Assembly: GCA_964019335.1 (NCBI GenBank)
Contig: OZ025665.1
Location: 248,001-312,000, forward strand
Direction of reading: 5' to 3'
Source: Diplonema japonicum
Taxonomy: Eukaryota; Protista; Euglenozoa: Diplonemea
DNA: 64,000 nucleotides
Below the pieces are notes generated by a model that was given only the letters and a program-made list of their open reading frames with translations, searched no databases and had not been told where the DNA came from. Of the stretch, positions 33,201 through 45,233 are shown piece by piece. The position numbers and the translations under genes are program-made. Position 1 is the stretch's first letter. Each line of letters begins with the position of its first letter.

Positions 33201-35340
33201 AGGAGACCCCCGCAGAACTCGTCTCCTCTGATGCGATCTAGTTTCGTTGTAACCTGCAAGACGTTCTCTTCAGTGGAACGCCCCTTCCTGAAACCTGACT
33301 GCATTTTGTGAACCTTCTTTACATCGCCCACGTCTTGGTGGTAGTCGATCCTGATCTTCACTATCCTCTCCATTGTCTTTGAAATTCCCGAGGTTAATGA
33401 GATCGGCCTGTACGATGCCGGTTCGCTCTTCAGCTTTCCTTTGCCTTTGAAGAGCGGGACGATGTGTGTCTATTTCCAATCCGACGGAACTACACCCTTC
33501 TCCCACGACATATTGAAGAGATGCAGCATCGCGTCCAGGGCCGTTTCCCCGAGGTGCTTTAACATCTCGTTGTACACACCGTCAGGGCCTGGGGACTTCC
33601 CCTTTTTAAGTTGCCTCAGTGCGTACTTCAATTCGTCGATGCTTATATCGGGGCACTCGGTCCTGTTATTCCGACCACCGTTTTCCTTGGTTAGTCGTTC
33701 TACTCTTTCCAGCATTCTCTTGGTGTCCTTGTTCAGTTGCGGTGCAAATGCCTCCGCGTAGTGGTCCACCAGTGCGTCTGCCTTCTCTGTCGCTGTGGTG
33801 TGTAATCTTTCACCAGCCATCAGCGGCGCCACAGGTTCTTTGCCCTTCCTACCATCGAGCGTCTTTATCGTCCTGAAAGCATGCCCCAGGTCTTTCTTCT
33901 GTGACAATTCCTTCGTGTACTCAGCCCACGCTCTTTTCTTTCCTACGACGATTTGTTCCTGCACTTGTCGGCTGATTTCTCCGAGTCTTTCGCACTGTTC
34001 AGTCGAGGGGATGCCAATGTCTGACATTATCTCCTTTTTCAGAGCGTTCCGCTGAGCAACTAACTGCGTTAGTTCTTCTGTCCACCACGCTTTCCCACCT
34101 CTTGCTCCACCTCTCGGTATGAAGAGCCTGGCGGCTTCTTTGATCGCGTTCGTGAACTGTTTGTTCAATTTCACGGGGTCACCTGTTCTCTGCAGGTGCC
34201 TTAGGGCGTGCTCAAGATAATCCCTGAAGCCAGCCCAATCCGCTTTTTTGAAGCAGAATCTCCTTTCTGTCGTCTTGACTTCAAACTTGGTTCTGATTTC
34301 GATGGACATGGGAATGTGGTCGGAACCCCATGACTCTAGGGTTGTCCAGGATGTAGATTCCATGTCAGGTCCGCTTATAACCAAGTCTGGCGAGGATAGT
34401 GTCCCTCTTGTGTTAAGGAGTGTGGGCTTATATCTGTCGTTCCAGGGTCTCATCCCTTTATCGACCATCCACGCTGCGATTTTGCTTCCTATAGGGTCTT
34501 CTTTTTTCTTCCTTCCATCCCACAGTGGGTGATGGGCGTTGAAGTCCCCCATGATCAGGGTATTGTCTCCAGTAGGAAGTGAGTACGGGTTGAAGTATGA
34601 GTCGATGGCAGGTCTGTCATCGCTGGGATCTGACGGTGATGTCGGTGGGAGGTAAATGTTCACTAGGAGAATCTCTTTCTGTCCCGGTGGGTAGATCTTC
34701 ACGTCCAGCCTCTCTGTCACGTCCCTGCACTCCTTCGCTGAAACCCTGCTGGCGCTGATGCCTTCCTTCACGAGTGTCAACAAGCCGCCGCCCTTAATGG
34801 GGAATCCTCTTCTTCTCGGCCTCGTCCTGTCCCTCCGAAAGGCTTTGTACCCGTCGAACCATCCATGCATGTCATCGTCTGATGTAAGGTGTGTCTCTTG
34901 GAGACACAGGATGTCCGGCGCCATTTCATCGATAGCCCTCTCTATTTCGGCCTTCCTAGCTCTGAGGGACCTTACGTTGAGTGAGACTATCTTGAGCCAC
35001 CCGTTCCTCACCCCACCAACGGCTGGCCCCGGGTTTTGTTCGACGTCGCCGCATCTCAAGATATCCATCCCATGTGGTCCGGATCTTCTCTTCCTCATTG
35101 AAGCGGCCGTCGAAGGTCGGTACTGCAAGAACAACGCTGGTCACCCCTACCTTCAGGTCTTCGAAGATAGGGTTGTACGACTTGGGGGGGGCCGGCCCTA
35201 ACAGACCTCTCGTCGCCACCACTAACGCCTTGTCCCCCGTGGACACCCTCGGTTGGGGCCGGCCAGGATTCGACCGCGGGAAGTAGCCAAGTCGTACATA
35301 CTTCTCTTGTGCAAAGTGCTTGTGTTGTTCTGCAGACCTC

Positions 35341-35376
<36 letters not shown>

Positions 35377-36040
35377 TTGTTGCTGTTGTTGTCCTCCTTT
35401 TTTCTTTTGACAACTTTTTTTCTTTTGGTTTTTCTTTTTTTTTTTTGATGTTGTTTTTTTTTTTTTTTTTTTTAGCTCGTTTATGTTCTTTATGTTTTTT
35501 TTTTTTTTTTTGTTTGTTTTTTTTTTTTTAATTTTTTTTTTATGTTGTTTTTTTATTTTTTTTTTATTTTTTTATTTTTTTTTATGGGGTATGACGTAAT
35601 GGGGGGGTGGGGCTTTGTGAATTTGTAAAGGGAAGGGAAAACACTTTCTTTTTTTTTTGTTTATTACTAACACTATTTCTTTACACCTTTGGAACCTTTC
35701 CCGCCTTTCTTCCTCCCGTTCGTAGACATGATTGTCTTTTCGGCAGTACCTGCCGAACCCCTGCCCTCCGGCGTTTTGTAGGGGGTCTCCCTCGACGATT
35801 GATGCTCTAGCATCTCGGGCACCCTCCTCCTTCTCGCCCCTAATGGGGTTTCCTCCTGCTCGGTCTCCGACTCCGTAAGAGAGAGGGGGTGGTCCTGCAG
35901 GGCTACCGTGGGCTGGTCGGGGTCTGTGGCGGTTTTTTTTTTTTTTTTTTCCCAGTGATAACTGGTGCAGCGTCTTTTGGATCACCGAGGTGTCCTTTTT
36001 CAGCTGCTGCTGGCTTTGTTTTACCAGCTCCAGGAGACCC
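30277..36040 (-). mobile_element. Family C non-LTR retrotransposon (degraded ORF1 remnant, 2A-APE-RT-RNaseH, long 3' UTR, (TTA)n tail)
   Basis: ORFs 33470..35134 (ILRCGDVEQNPGP, APE, RT start) and 31139..33373 (RT, RNase H, CCHC) are split by a frameshift near 33470. The 3' end is TAGTGGAATATT(TAT)n. The 5' boundary is approximate. Confidence 0.88.
31139..35134 (-). pseudogene. Family C ORF2 with one frameshift (real or sequencing error)
   Basis: ...VVPSDWK* continues in another frame as HIVPLFKGKG..EPASYRPISLTS, then YADD, FTDGS and CHLC...H...C. Confidence 0.8.
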
Positions 36041-39000
36041 TTAGCATCGATTGGGAGTCCGTGAGCAGGTAGAGGGGGCGCCCCCGCAGACTCGCGGCCG
36101 TCCTGTACACCTCCCCGGCTTCCTGCAGCCCCTTCAGGATAGCGGTGCCTTCGGCGCACATGGGTGTGGAGACCGCGCCGGCCCCATGCGAGGTGGTGAG
36201 GGTGAAGTCCAGGCCAGGGACCTTGATGGCGACCCCTGCACCTCCTCTTCCTCCCGCTACCGAGCCGTCCGTGTACACAACTAAGGCATCGCTGGGAATC
36301 TCGGCCAGTTTTTTCGCAGCCGCAGCCGCCCTTACGTCGTCGGGTAGGGCCCTCCGTGTGTCGGTGGCGTAGGGGTCTACTCGGATACCTTCCACCCAGG
36401 GTGGTGCCTTCGTTGTGCTCCCTAAGAGCTGGGAGGCCGCCGTTCCGAGCCCGGATTTCCTTGCCGTGTCCAGCGCTCTTTTCGTCCATCCTGTGGTGCC
36501 GCACCCCTGACCACTTTGTTCACCGGGGTCCCTTCCCATCTTAGCGCCCTCTGCCATAGGACAGCAGACGCTGCATCGGCCATCAGGTCGAGGGGGCGTA
36601 AGCGGGCTTCGCACATGACGGCTGAGGTGGAGGTGTTTTTGACGCACCCTGTGATACGACGGGCCGCCTCCGCGTGCTTCGTGCACATCGTCTTCCTGTC
36701 CTGGGTGGTCATCATCGCGAAGAAGATGCCTATCGAGTAGGTGAACACCGGCAGGACATAGGCCAGGTACAAGGATCTGAGTGATGCAGCAGAACTGCCC
36801 CAGGATGAACCGGAGAGGAGCCGCAGTATGCGAATGCGCTTGTCGTACCTCTTGACAATGTCTCGAGCATGGGCTTCGAAGGTTAAGTCGGCGTCCAGGG
36901 TGATCCCCAGGTATTTGGCTCTGTCACGTCTCTCGACTGTCACGGCCGTTGTGAAGTCGTATACCAGCCTGCTGGTGACGAGCGAGGAAATGTCGCGATA
37001 TGTCGTGGCTGTGCGGTTCACGGCTAAGAGCCTTCTACCCACCAGATGAGAAGGTCCTCCTGTGATGAGTCGGCCCTTGAGCTTCGATTGCCAAAACTCC
37101 AACCCTGAGTGTGTTTTCGTGGTCGAGGGGAAGTAGACGTGGAAGTCGTACGGTTCGCACTTGGGCGTGGAGACGAATAAAGTCTTCTCCCTGCTCAGCT
37201 GCATCCCCCATCGGGCGCACCAGTCTTCTACCGCACCCACTACCGCTGTGGCCCTTGCTTCAAGCTCAGTCCTCGTCGTGGCAGATACTACCACCGCGAC
37301 GTCGTCGGCGTAGATCGTGGTGAGACCAGTCATTCCCTCGAGTTCCCTCGCAAGGTCGTCTACGAATACGGTGAATAGGACCGGACCGAGCACAGAACCC
37401 TGAGGAACGCCGCTCTTGACTTTGAAGGGGGACCCCTTGACACCTTCTACGATAACTCTTGCTGTCCTGGACTCCAGGAAGGAGGCAACCCACTTGGTGT
37501 AGGCTGCAGGGAAGCGCTTTTGCGTCATCTTCTGTATCAGGGCTTTGTGGTTTACCCTGTCGAACGCCTTCGAAAAGTCGAAGAGTATGGTGAGGCTGGC
37601 CTCTTTTTCGTCCGCATCTCTCTTCGTCGCTACGTGTTGCACGATGGCAGCGACTTGTTCTTCGGTGGACCTCCCCTTCCTGAACCCGGCTTGGGCGGGG
37701 TGAAGTCCTTCAACCGTCGTCGTTGGGGAGTCGAGGAGGAACGTTACGCGGGCTTCGACCATCCTTTCCATGAGTTTACCTAGGCAGCTTGTCAGGCTGA
37801 TGGGGCGGTAGGACTCAATCTCCGTGGGGTCTTTGCCTGGCTTCGGAATCGGGACGACCAACGCCTGTTTCCACGTGTCCGGGACTTGTCCGTTCGCCCA
37901 GGAGAGGTTGAACAGTCGTAGAATGACGCTTTGAGACACCCCACCCAGTCGCGTCAGCATCGCGTTGAAGACACCGTCTTCGCCAGCAGCGCTTTTCGAG
38001 TTCGTCCTGTGTAGTTGCCTTGTCAGTTCGTCCATGGTGAAGCAGCCCGTCCCGCCCTCGAAGGGTCTCTGTGTCAGCCCAGACGTGTCGAGTCCGGGTA
38101 CTGTGTCGTCTCCGCAGATCGTCTCGTAGTATCGTCCGAGGCGATCGGCCTTTGCTTTGTTGCCAGTGAGCAGAGAGCTGCCTTGCTGAAGGGGGGGCAT
38201 CGGTGGCCTCCAGGACCTGCCGTCGAGCTCTTTAACTGCTTTGAATGCCGAAGGTAGGTTCTTAGAGGAGCAGAATTTGGAGCAAAGGCTCTTCCAGGAC
38301 TTCTCTTTGGACATCCTTACCGTTTCGTTGACAGTTTTGTTGAGGTCAGCCAGTTCGTCGTGTTCGTCAGATTCGCCTCTGAGGATGGCATTCCTGAGAG
38401 TGTCCCTGGCTTCGAAGGCTGCGTCGAGTTCGCTGTCCCACCAGGGTTTCCTCTCAGGGAAGCACCCGTGTCGAGGTATGTGTCGCGCAGCGGCTTCGCT
38501 TAGGGCTTCCTGAATCCTCCTAGCAAAGGTCGTGACCTGTTTGCATCCTTCCAGTCCCCGCAGCTTCCCGTCCACAAAGTCCTGGAAAGCCTTCCAGTCA
38601 GCCTTTCAGAAGTTGTAAAGCTCAGGCGTGTACGCTCTCCTCGTTGGCCTCGGAAAGGGGACTGAAGAGGCGTGTGGTCGGAGCCCCAGGAGCCCAGGTG
38701 GCAAGGCGTCTTGGGTTCCCATCTGTCCCTGCTGAAGACCAAGTCGAGTACCGATTTGCTCCCTCCTCTCGTCCATGTGTGGCAGTTTGGCCTGTTCCAT
38801 AGGATGAATTCTTTGTTCTCCGCCCACTCCCAGACGGTCCAGCCTCTGTCGTTGTTCTTCGCTGCGTGGTCCCAGCTAGTGTGGTGCGCGTTGAAGTCGC
38901 CACATGCGATGTAGTCGTCTCCTTGGGGCAGATCAGACGGTTGAAGTGTCTGTCCGCTTCTGGGTGGGCAGTAGTAGTTGCTGATGATCACCTTGGAGTT

Positions 39001-41625
39001 GTCGCACCTGACCTCGACGTCGAGCCTTTCCACGTCTTCGGAAACCATACATTCTACCTCCCTGGCCTGTAGATCTCTCTTGACCAGAGTTACGACGCCT
39101 CCTCCCCTGCCGTTGTTGGTTCGGTTGGGTCGGTCTTTTCTGAAGACTTGATATCCTAGAGCTTGGAATTCATCTGCTGGTACCAGCTTCGTTTCCTGAA
39201 TGGCGATGACGTCCAGTTCCCTCTTTCTCGCTTGGTGAAGCAGCGTCGTCGTCTTGGCTCCCCTTACCGAGTTGCAGTTCCACGTTACAACTCGGAGGGG
39301 GCGGAGGGACCCCACAGGGCCCGTGGTTAACATCTTTTGGGAACGGCTACCAAGCGCCGTTTCTTCTTGCAGGTTGGCGTTTTGGGTGAGTTTGGCGGCC
39401 TGGTCTCCGAGGGGTCCCCCTTCAGCAGCGCGGCAAGTACCCGCCTCACGACTTCCTCCACCAGTTCCGCGCTGAATGCAGCTGGCTTCTCCCGCTTGGT
39501 ACCTTTGGGGGCATTGTCCTTTGCTTTTCCGCCCGTTGTTTTCTTCTGTGCCTCGCGCGTCTTCGGTGTGGGAGTGGAAGGGTGGGGTGTGGAAGTGGAG
39601 GCGGTGCCGTTCCTGACCACTTCGGCAGCCGTTTTTCGGGTCCCCTGCTGCTGCATGACCTCCGGCTGTGCCTCCTTTTTAGGGAAGGTCTTGATGAAGG
39701 CCTCCGGGAAGCTGCTCTTCGCGTGGCACTTCAGGAGCCTGTCGCCGTACTGGAAGATCGAGTACGGGGGGGGCTGCGAGGCGACCACTTGCAAGAACAT
39801 GACCTTCCTGCCGTCGACCTTGGCGAACCTCCTGCCGACCACCTTGGCGTTCCAGCCCATGTCCTTCGGGATCATGTCCGTTTCATCTTGACGGACGTGG
39901 CCGGGTGAGACAGGGTGACGTCGATGTCGCACGAGGCGAGCGCGCTTTCCAGTTCGGCGGCGTCGCCGGAGGCGCACCTGATCGCCCACCCCCCCCTGAC
40001 CGACATGACGCCAAGGGCCGGGCCTCCTGCCTTGAGGGCCATCTGGTACGCTTCGCTGATGGTGGCGGCTGGAACAGGGACCGCCTCGGTTGGTAACGTG
40101 TCTGGGAACTTCGATCAGGAAGCCGTCCCCTGATTTGCGGAGTAGAGCTTGGAGGCTGGTCGTCTGTATTCTCAGGCCAACCTTGTGAGAGAGAGTGTTG
40201 GGGCCCCTTTTGTTCGGAGGTACGGGGTTGTCCCTGCTGGGGAACACGGCTGAGTCCTTCAGTCCGGTCTCGATCTTCCTTCCGTGAGGGCTGTCTTCCT
40301 CGCTTCGTCCATTGTGCCGGCCTTAACCTTCATGTAGACGACGGCCTCGGTGGTCGCGGTTGTCTGGACTGTTCTAGGAGCAGTGTACTTCGGGGGTGGT
40401 GGACCGTCGCCCTTAAGCTCAATAAGGTGCATTGTCTTGATACCCTGTTTGGTGAACAAGGTGGCAGATGAGGACCCTGGGAAGGGCTTCAGTGAGAGCA
40501 CTGTCCATGATCCGTGCTTGTTGGTGTGGTGCTTGAGGAAGACCTCCGGGTTCCTTGTAAGGATGACCCCTCGGGATTTCCCCCCTGTCTTCCCTGGGTG
40601 TACCACTTCGCCGTCCCATAGTTCGGGGACCAGCGAGACCCGCTTCTCCTCCCAGGTGTCTGAAACAATTTTGGCCGGCGTGGACGCGGCGGTCTCGGTC
40701 GTGGTTTCGGCTTTCTTGTTGGCCCCGGGGGCGTGTTTGGCCGCAGTGGCGGTGTTGCTGGCCGCGGTAGCGGCGTCGGCGGAGCTGTTGGCCGCAGCAG
40801 CGGCGTTGGTGGTGTTGGTGGCCTCGTGGGCGCGTTTGGCCGCAGTGGCGGCGTTGGCGGCATTAGGTGCCGCGGAGTCGTTGTTAGCCGCAGGGGCTTG
40901 GTTGGCTGCAGAGGCAGCATTGGAAGCCACGGTGGCTCTGTTGGCCGCATTGGCGGCGCTGGAAGCGTTGGAGGCCACGGAGGCAGCGCTGGGGGCCACA
41001 GAGGCATGTTTGGCCGTTGAGGCGGCGTTGGGGGCCACGGAGGCATGAATGGCCGCTGAGGCGGCGACGTTGGGCGCAGTGGCGCGGTTGGCCGTGACGG
41101 CGACGTTGTTGGCCGCGGTGGCGGCGTTGATGGTGGCGGTGTTATTGGCCACTGGGGCGGCGGTGTTCGTTTCGGTGTCAGGGAGTGGGACCCTCGATGC
41201 CATGAGAGATGCGTCGTAGGCCGACATGAGGTTCTTAGCCTCACCCTTCACCTGCGCTCCGTTTTTCCTTTCCCTCTTCTCTGGGGAGGGGGCCGGCTGC
41301 CTTGCACTCAGCGCAAAAGAATGCTCCGCATTCCAGACAGGCCCACCTCTTCCCGACTCTCGATGTCTCCTGCCCGCAGCCCAGGCATGCCCCCGAGGTC
41401 TGCCTCTCCTTGGACAGCTGCTTGTGTTCGCAGCTCATCACCTTACCGAGGTCTCCCTCGGATTGGCGGTCGTCATCCCGCTTCCGTCCTTGTCCTTGTC
41501 TTCCATCCTCTCTCTCTCTCTCCCTGTCCTTCGCCTTGTCTTTACCCCTCCCCCTGTCCCTTTCTCCGTCTTTCGACATGATTGAAGTGTTGTTTTGTTT
41601 TTTTTTTTTTTTTTTTTTTTTTTTT
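36040..41625 (-). mobile_element. Family F non-LTR retrotransposon, 3'-truncated in RNase H, several frameshifts
   Basis: ORF1 pieces 41241..41579 (Cys finger), 40259..41251 (Ala/Asn-rich) and 39327..40247; APE 38500..39333; RT 36422..38575 (YADD); RNase H 36021..36686 (YTDGS, TDSQS), then an abrupt junction. Confidence 0.85.
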
Positions 41626-41808
41626 TCCCGGACGGGTATAATAATAAATAGGGGAAAGCACCGTTCATGGTAAGCAAATACACCACGTCCGAGAAACGTA
41701 GAACAGACCCTGAAAGTGACACATGTTTTATTTGCTGTTAACCTTCACCATCACCGGAACCTTTTTAGAACTGGACCACAACGTGACACAAACAAGAGTT
41801 TAAAAAAT

Positions 41809-41890
41809 CGCAGACGGCAGGGTTTGAACCTGCGCATGCAGAGCACACTCGCTTAGCAGGCGAGCCCCGTAACCACTTGGGTACGTCTGC
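41809..41890 (-). tRNA. tRNA-Ser(GCT)
   Basis: Acceptor GCAGACG/CGTCTGC, anticodon arm CTCGC-CTGCTAA-GCGAG, long variable arm, GGTTCAAACC, T6 terminator. Confidence 0.95.
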
Positions 41891-41900
41891 TGCGGGGACC

Positions 41901-44900
41901 TTTTTTTTTTTTTTTTTTTCAAAATACCAATGCAGGGCCGCCATGGAGAGCAACACCTGAGAAAAGGGAAAAAAAAGGTGAAGGGAAACCATGGGGAAAT
42001 AGGGAGGGCAAAGGACCAGGCTTCTGCAAGCAGGAGGAGCCCTGGTCCCCCACCAACCCGTGCTCTGCTTTGGGACAGCCGAAGAGGGCTGAATTACATT
42101 ATTCCCTCAGTCAAGTGAGAGAAAAACGGGGGCCTACCTTCCAGCTGGATGTCCTTCTTTGGCTGGAACCTCCGGCGGAAAGCCCCCCAGGGAGGTATTG
42201 CTCCTATTGAGCGAATCATTGGTGAGTGTGAAAATAAAAAAAAAAGGGGAAATGGGAAACAGTGAGAGGAAGGTGAAGGAAGGGAAAGGAAGGGAAAGGA
42301 AAGTGGAAAACACAACATTTCACTTTACACACACGCGGGCGATCCCTTAGCGCAGCACGGGGGCCGCGGGACCGGCGTCAAGAGAGACCGGAGGAGGGGG
42401 CGGCACGTTCGAAGGTGCAGTGACGTCTGTAGACGCCAGGGATGATGGCGAGGTGAACAGTCCGGAGCGTGACCAGGCGAGCAGGCCAGACTCAACAATG
42501 AGGTCGTAGATCTGGGTCACGCGTCTCGACAGGGAGAACGCTAGGGAGGGAGTACCAGCAGGAGTGTCGATCGCCCCCCTCCCGATCACAGGGCACCCAC
42601 CGACAACATGCTCCCTGGACATCGGTGCTGCGTGGCAGGCTGGGCACCGGAGCACACCCTTGTGCTTCCTGTTCGGGCCAGCAGTCTGCAGGAAGCCGAA
42701 GAAGAGAGCCGAGTGACCAATCCGCAGCCGCGAGATGACCGTTTCAGCTTGTCTGGGGAAGCCAAGGGGGAAGTGCGCAGACCGAAGCTCGGTCGCCACC
42801 GCGTAGTTGTGGGCGAGGGATGTTATGAGCTCCGCGGACCTCCGCACCACCCACCGTCGCACCAGGGCCCTCACTGATCGGTAGTCAAGGGAGGGCCTGT
42901 CCTGCTTCCGCTTCGTTCCCTCCCCGGCCAGAGCGTCAGCCTTCTCGTTCCCGTCCACCCCACAGTGGGAGGGCACAAACTGGAGGACCACCGGTGTCCC
43001 CTGCGTGCGCGCCGCGGACACCAGCCGGCCCACGTCTGGTGGTCGAGCTTCTCCCTCTGTCGCGTTGGGCCAGCTCGCAGCTGCTCGACGAGGGAGAGGG
43101 AGTCGGTGCAGATCGACAGCGGGGACTTCGCCAGCGAAGGGTGTGTTTTTCGGAGGGTAGCCACCATATCCAGCGCCGTTTTCACAGCCATGCCCTCTGC
43201 CCGAAAAGATGAACAGAAGTCGTTGACGCCATGGCACACAGACACAGGGGTCAGGGGGGGAGGCAGCTGCAGATAAACCCCAGAGCCACCTTTCGCCTTC
43301 TGTCCGACCTGTACAACCGAGCCATCCGTGTAGGCATGGATGCCCGGGGGGAGAGCCGCAAGAGCAGCCTCGGCCGCCTTCCGCCTGTCCGCGTCTGGCG
43401 ACGATCGCGTGACCCCGCCGGGGAGGTCAGTCCTGAAGTCGACCATGCCTGTCTGCCACGGGGCCGCCAGGGGCGTAGCCGACAGGTACTCGAAGTGCAC
43501 CTTTGGTTCCAACCCGCATCGACGCAGTGCTTGGTAGCCAGAGCGCAGCCACCCACACCCCAGCCTGTTCGCCTGCTTCAGCTTGACCGTCTCCCTGTGA
43601 ACCGGGGAAGACTGCCAGCAGAAGGCCTTCGCCGTCATCGTCGCCGCAGCACCCTCAGCCATTCTTTCGAGGGGAAGCAGTCCTGCCTCAGCTAGGAGCT
43701 TGTACCCTCCGGAGCCACTCCAGCAGCCCGTGATCAGCACCGCCGCCTCCTGGTGAAGCCCAGCCAGGTCCTTCCTCCCGACATCATCGAGCCTGCTGTA
43801 GTAGACCCCCATGCAGTAGCGCAGCAGCGGGAGGATGTACGTAACGTAGAGAGACCGCAGAGTGTCCCTCTTGCTGCCCCAGGACGTGCCGGACAAGAGC
43901 TTCAGCACCCTCAGCCTTTTGCTGGCCCGCCGTAGGATGTCCTGTGCGTGTTCACCGAACGTGAGCCCAGAGTCCACCGTAACCCCAAGGTACCTCGCGT
44001 GTTCAGACAGAGGCAGGGGACGGGCCGCAACGTAGTCCACGTCGGGCCGTCGCACGGCTGCATGCATGTCCCGCACGCAGCGGATCCGCACACCACCCGC
44101 CTCCACAACCTGAAGGCCCGCCAGCTCCTGGTCCCCGGAGATCGTGCCATCGGCGTTCACCCCCAGGCCGAAGAGTGGGTTCTGGAAGGCACCTGGCTGA
44201 AGGGGGACTCGTGACGAAGTGAAGTAGACCCCGAGACGTTTCTGGGGGGGGACGCAGACTGCCTGCGTCTTGGACGTGCTCAGCAGCATGTCACGCTCCC
44301 TGCACCAGTCCTCAACCGCATCCACCACTGCCTGCGCCTTCCGCTCCAGCCCAGCCACGTCCCCTTGTCCAGAGGAGATCACAACCGCCACGTCGTCGGC
44401 GTAGAGCACCGAGACGTCCGCCAGTCCCTCCAGTCTCCTGGCGAGTTCGTCGACGTAGATGGTGTACAGGATGGGACCCAAGACAGAGCCCTGGGGGACA
44501 CCCCGTCGCACCTTCGTCGTCGACCCCCTCGACCGTCCAATCGTGACCGCAGCAGTACGGCCGCATAGAAAGGACCGCGTCCACTCCACGAAGGGTTCGG
44601 GGAGACCCTTCCCTCGCATCTTGTCCAGCAGGGCACCATGGGGCACCAGGTCGAAGGCAGAAGAGAAGTCGAACAGCAGAGCGGCCGAGAGACGTCGATC
44701 GTCTTTGTTCCTCGACATGCACTCAGTGAGGGTTGCCACCTGCTCCTCCGTGGAGCGGCCGCGTCTGAAACCAGCCTGGCTGTCGTGGAGTCCCTCGACT
44801 CCCGTCCCGTCCGCGTCAAGAAGAAACGTGAGCCTCTCCTCGATCATCCTCTCCAGCAGCTTGCAGAGGCAGCTGGTCAGGCAGATCGGCCGGTAGGAAG

Positions 44901-45217
44901 CCAAGAGAGTCGCATCTTTTCCAGGTTTCGGTACCGGGACGATCACTCCTTTCTTCCAGGCGCCGGGGACGACACCCATCAGCCAGGAGCGATTGAGGAG
45001 TAGAAGGAGAACACCGAGGGAGTCCGAGTTCAGGTGTAGGAGCATCTCCGAGAAGATTCCGTCTTCCCCGGCCGCGCTGCGCGTCTTCATCCTTCTCAGG
45101 CCGCGGGTGAGGTCGTCCACGGTGAACGCTTGACACCCGAGTCTGCTTGCAGAAGGAGCGGCGTCCTTCGAGTTCCCGTCACCACGCCTGCCGTAGAGCT
45201 TAGCGAAGTGCGCCCCC
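41901..45217 (-). mobile_element. 5'-truncated family A element (RT-RNaseH-CCHC, 3' UTR, poly(A)) 10 nt upstream of tRNA-Ser
   Basis: Nearly identical to 56246-59528; ORFs 42871..45120 and 42347..43237. TSD CTGCGGGGACCTTTTT at 41890-41905 and 45218-45233. Confidence 0.93.
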
Positions 45218-45233
45218 CTGCGGGGACCTTTTT

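Noticed and set aside
41640-41808. HDV ribozyme or spliced-leader sequence at the 5' ends of autonomous F and A
   Set aside because: None was recognisable by eye; the copies may be 5'-truncated.
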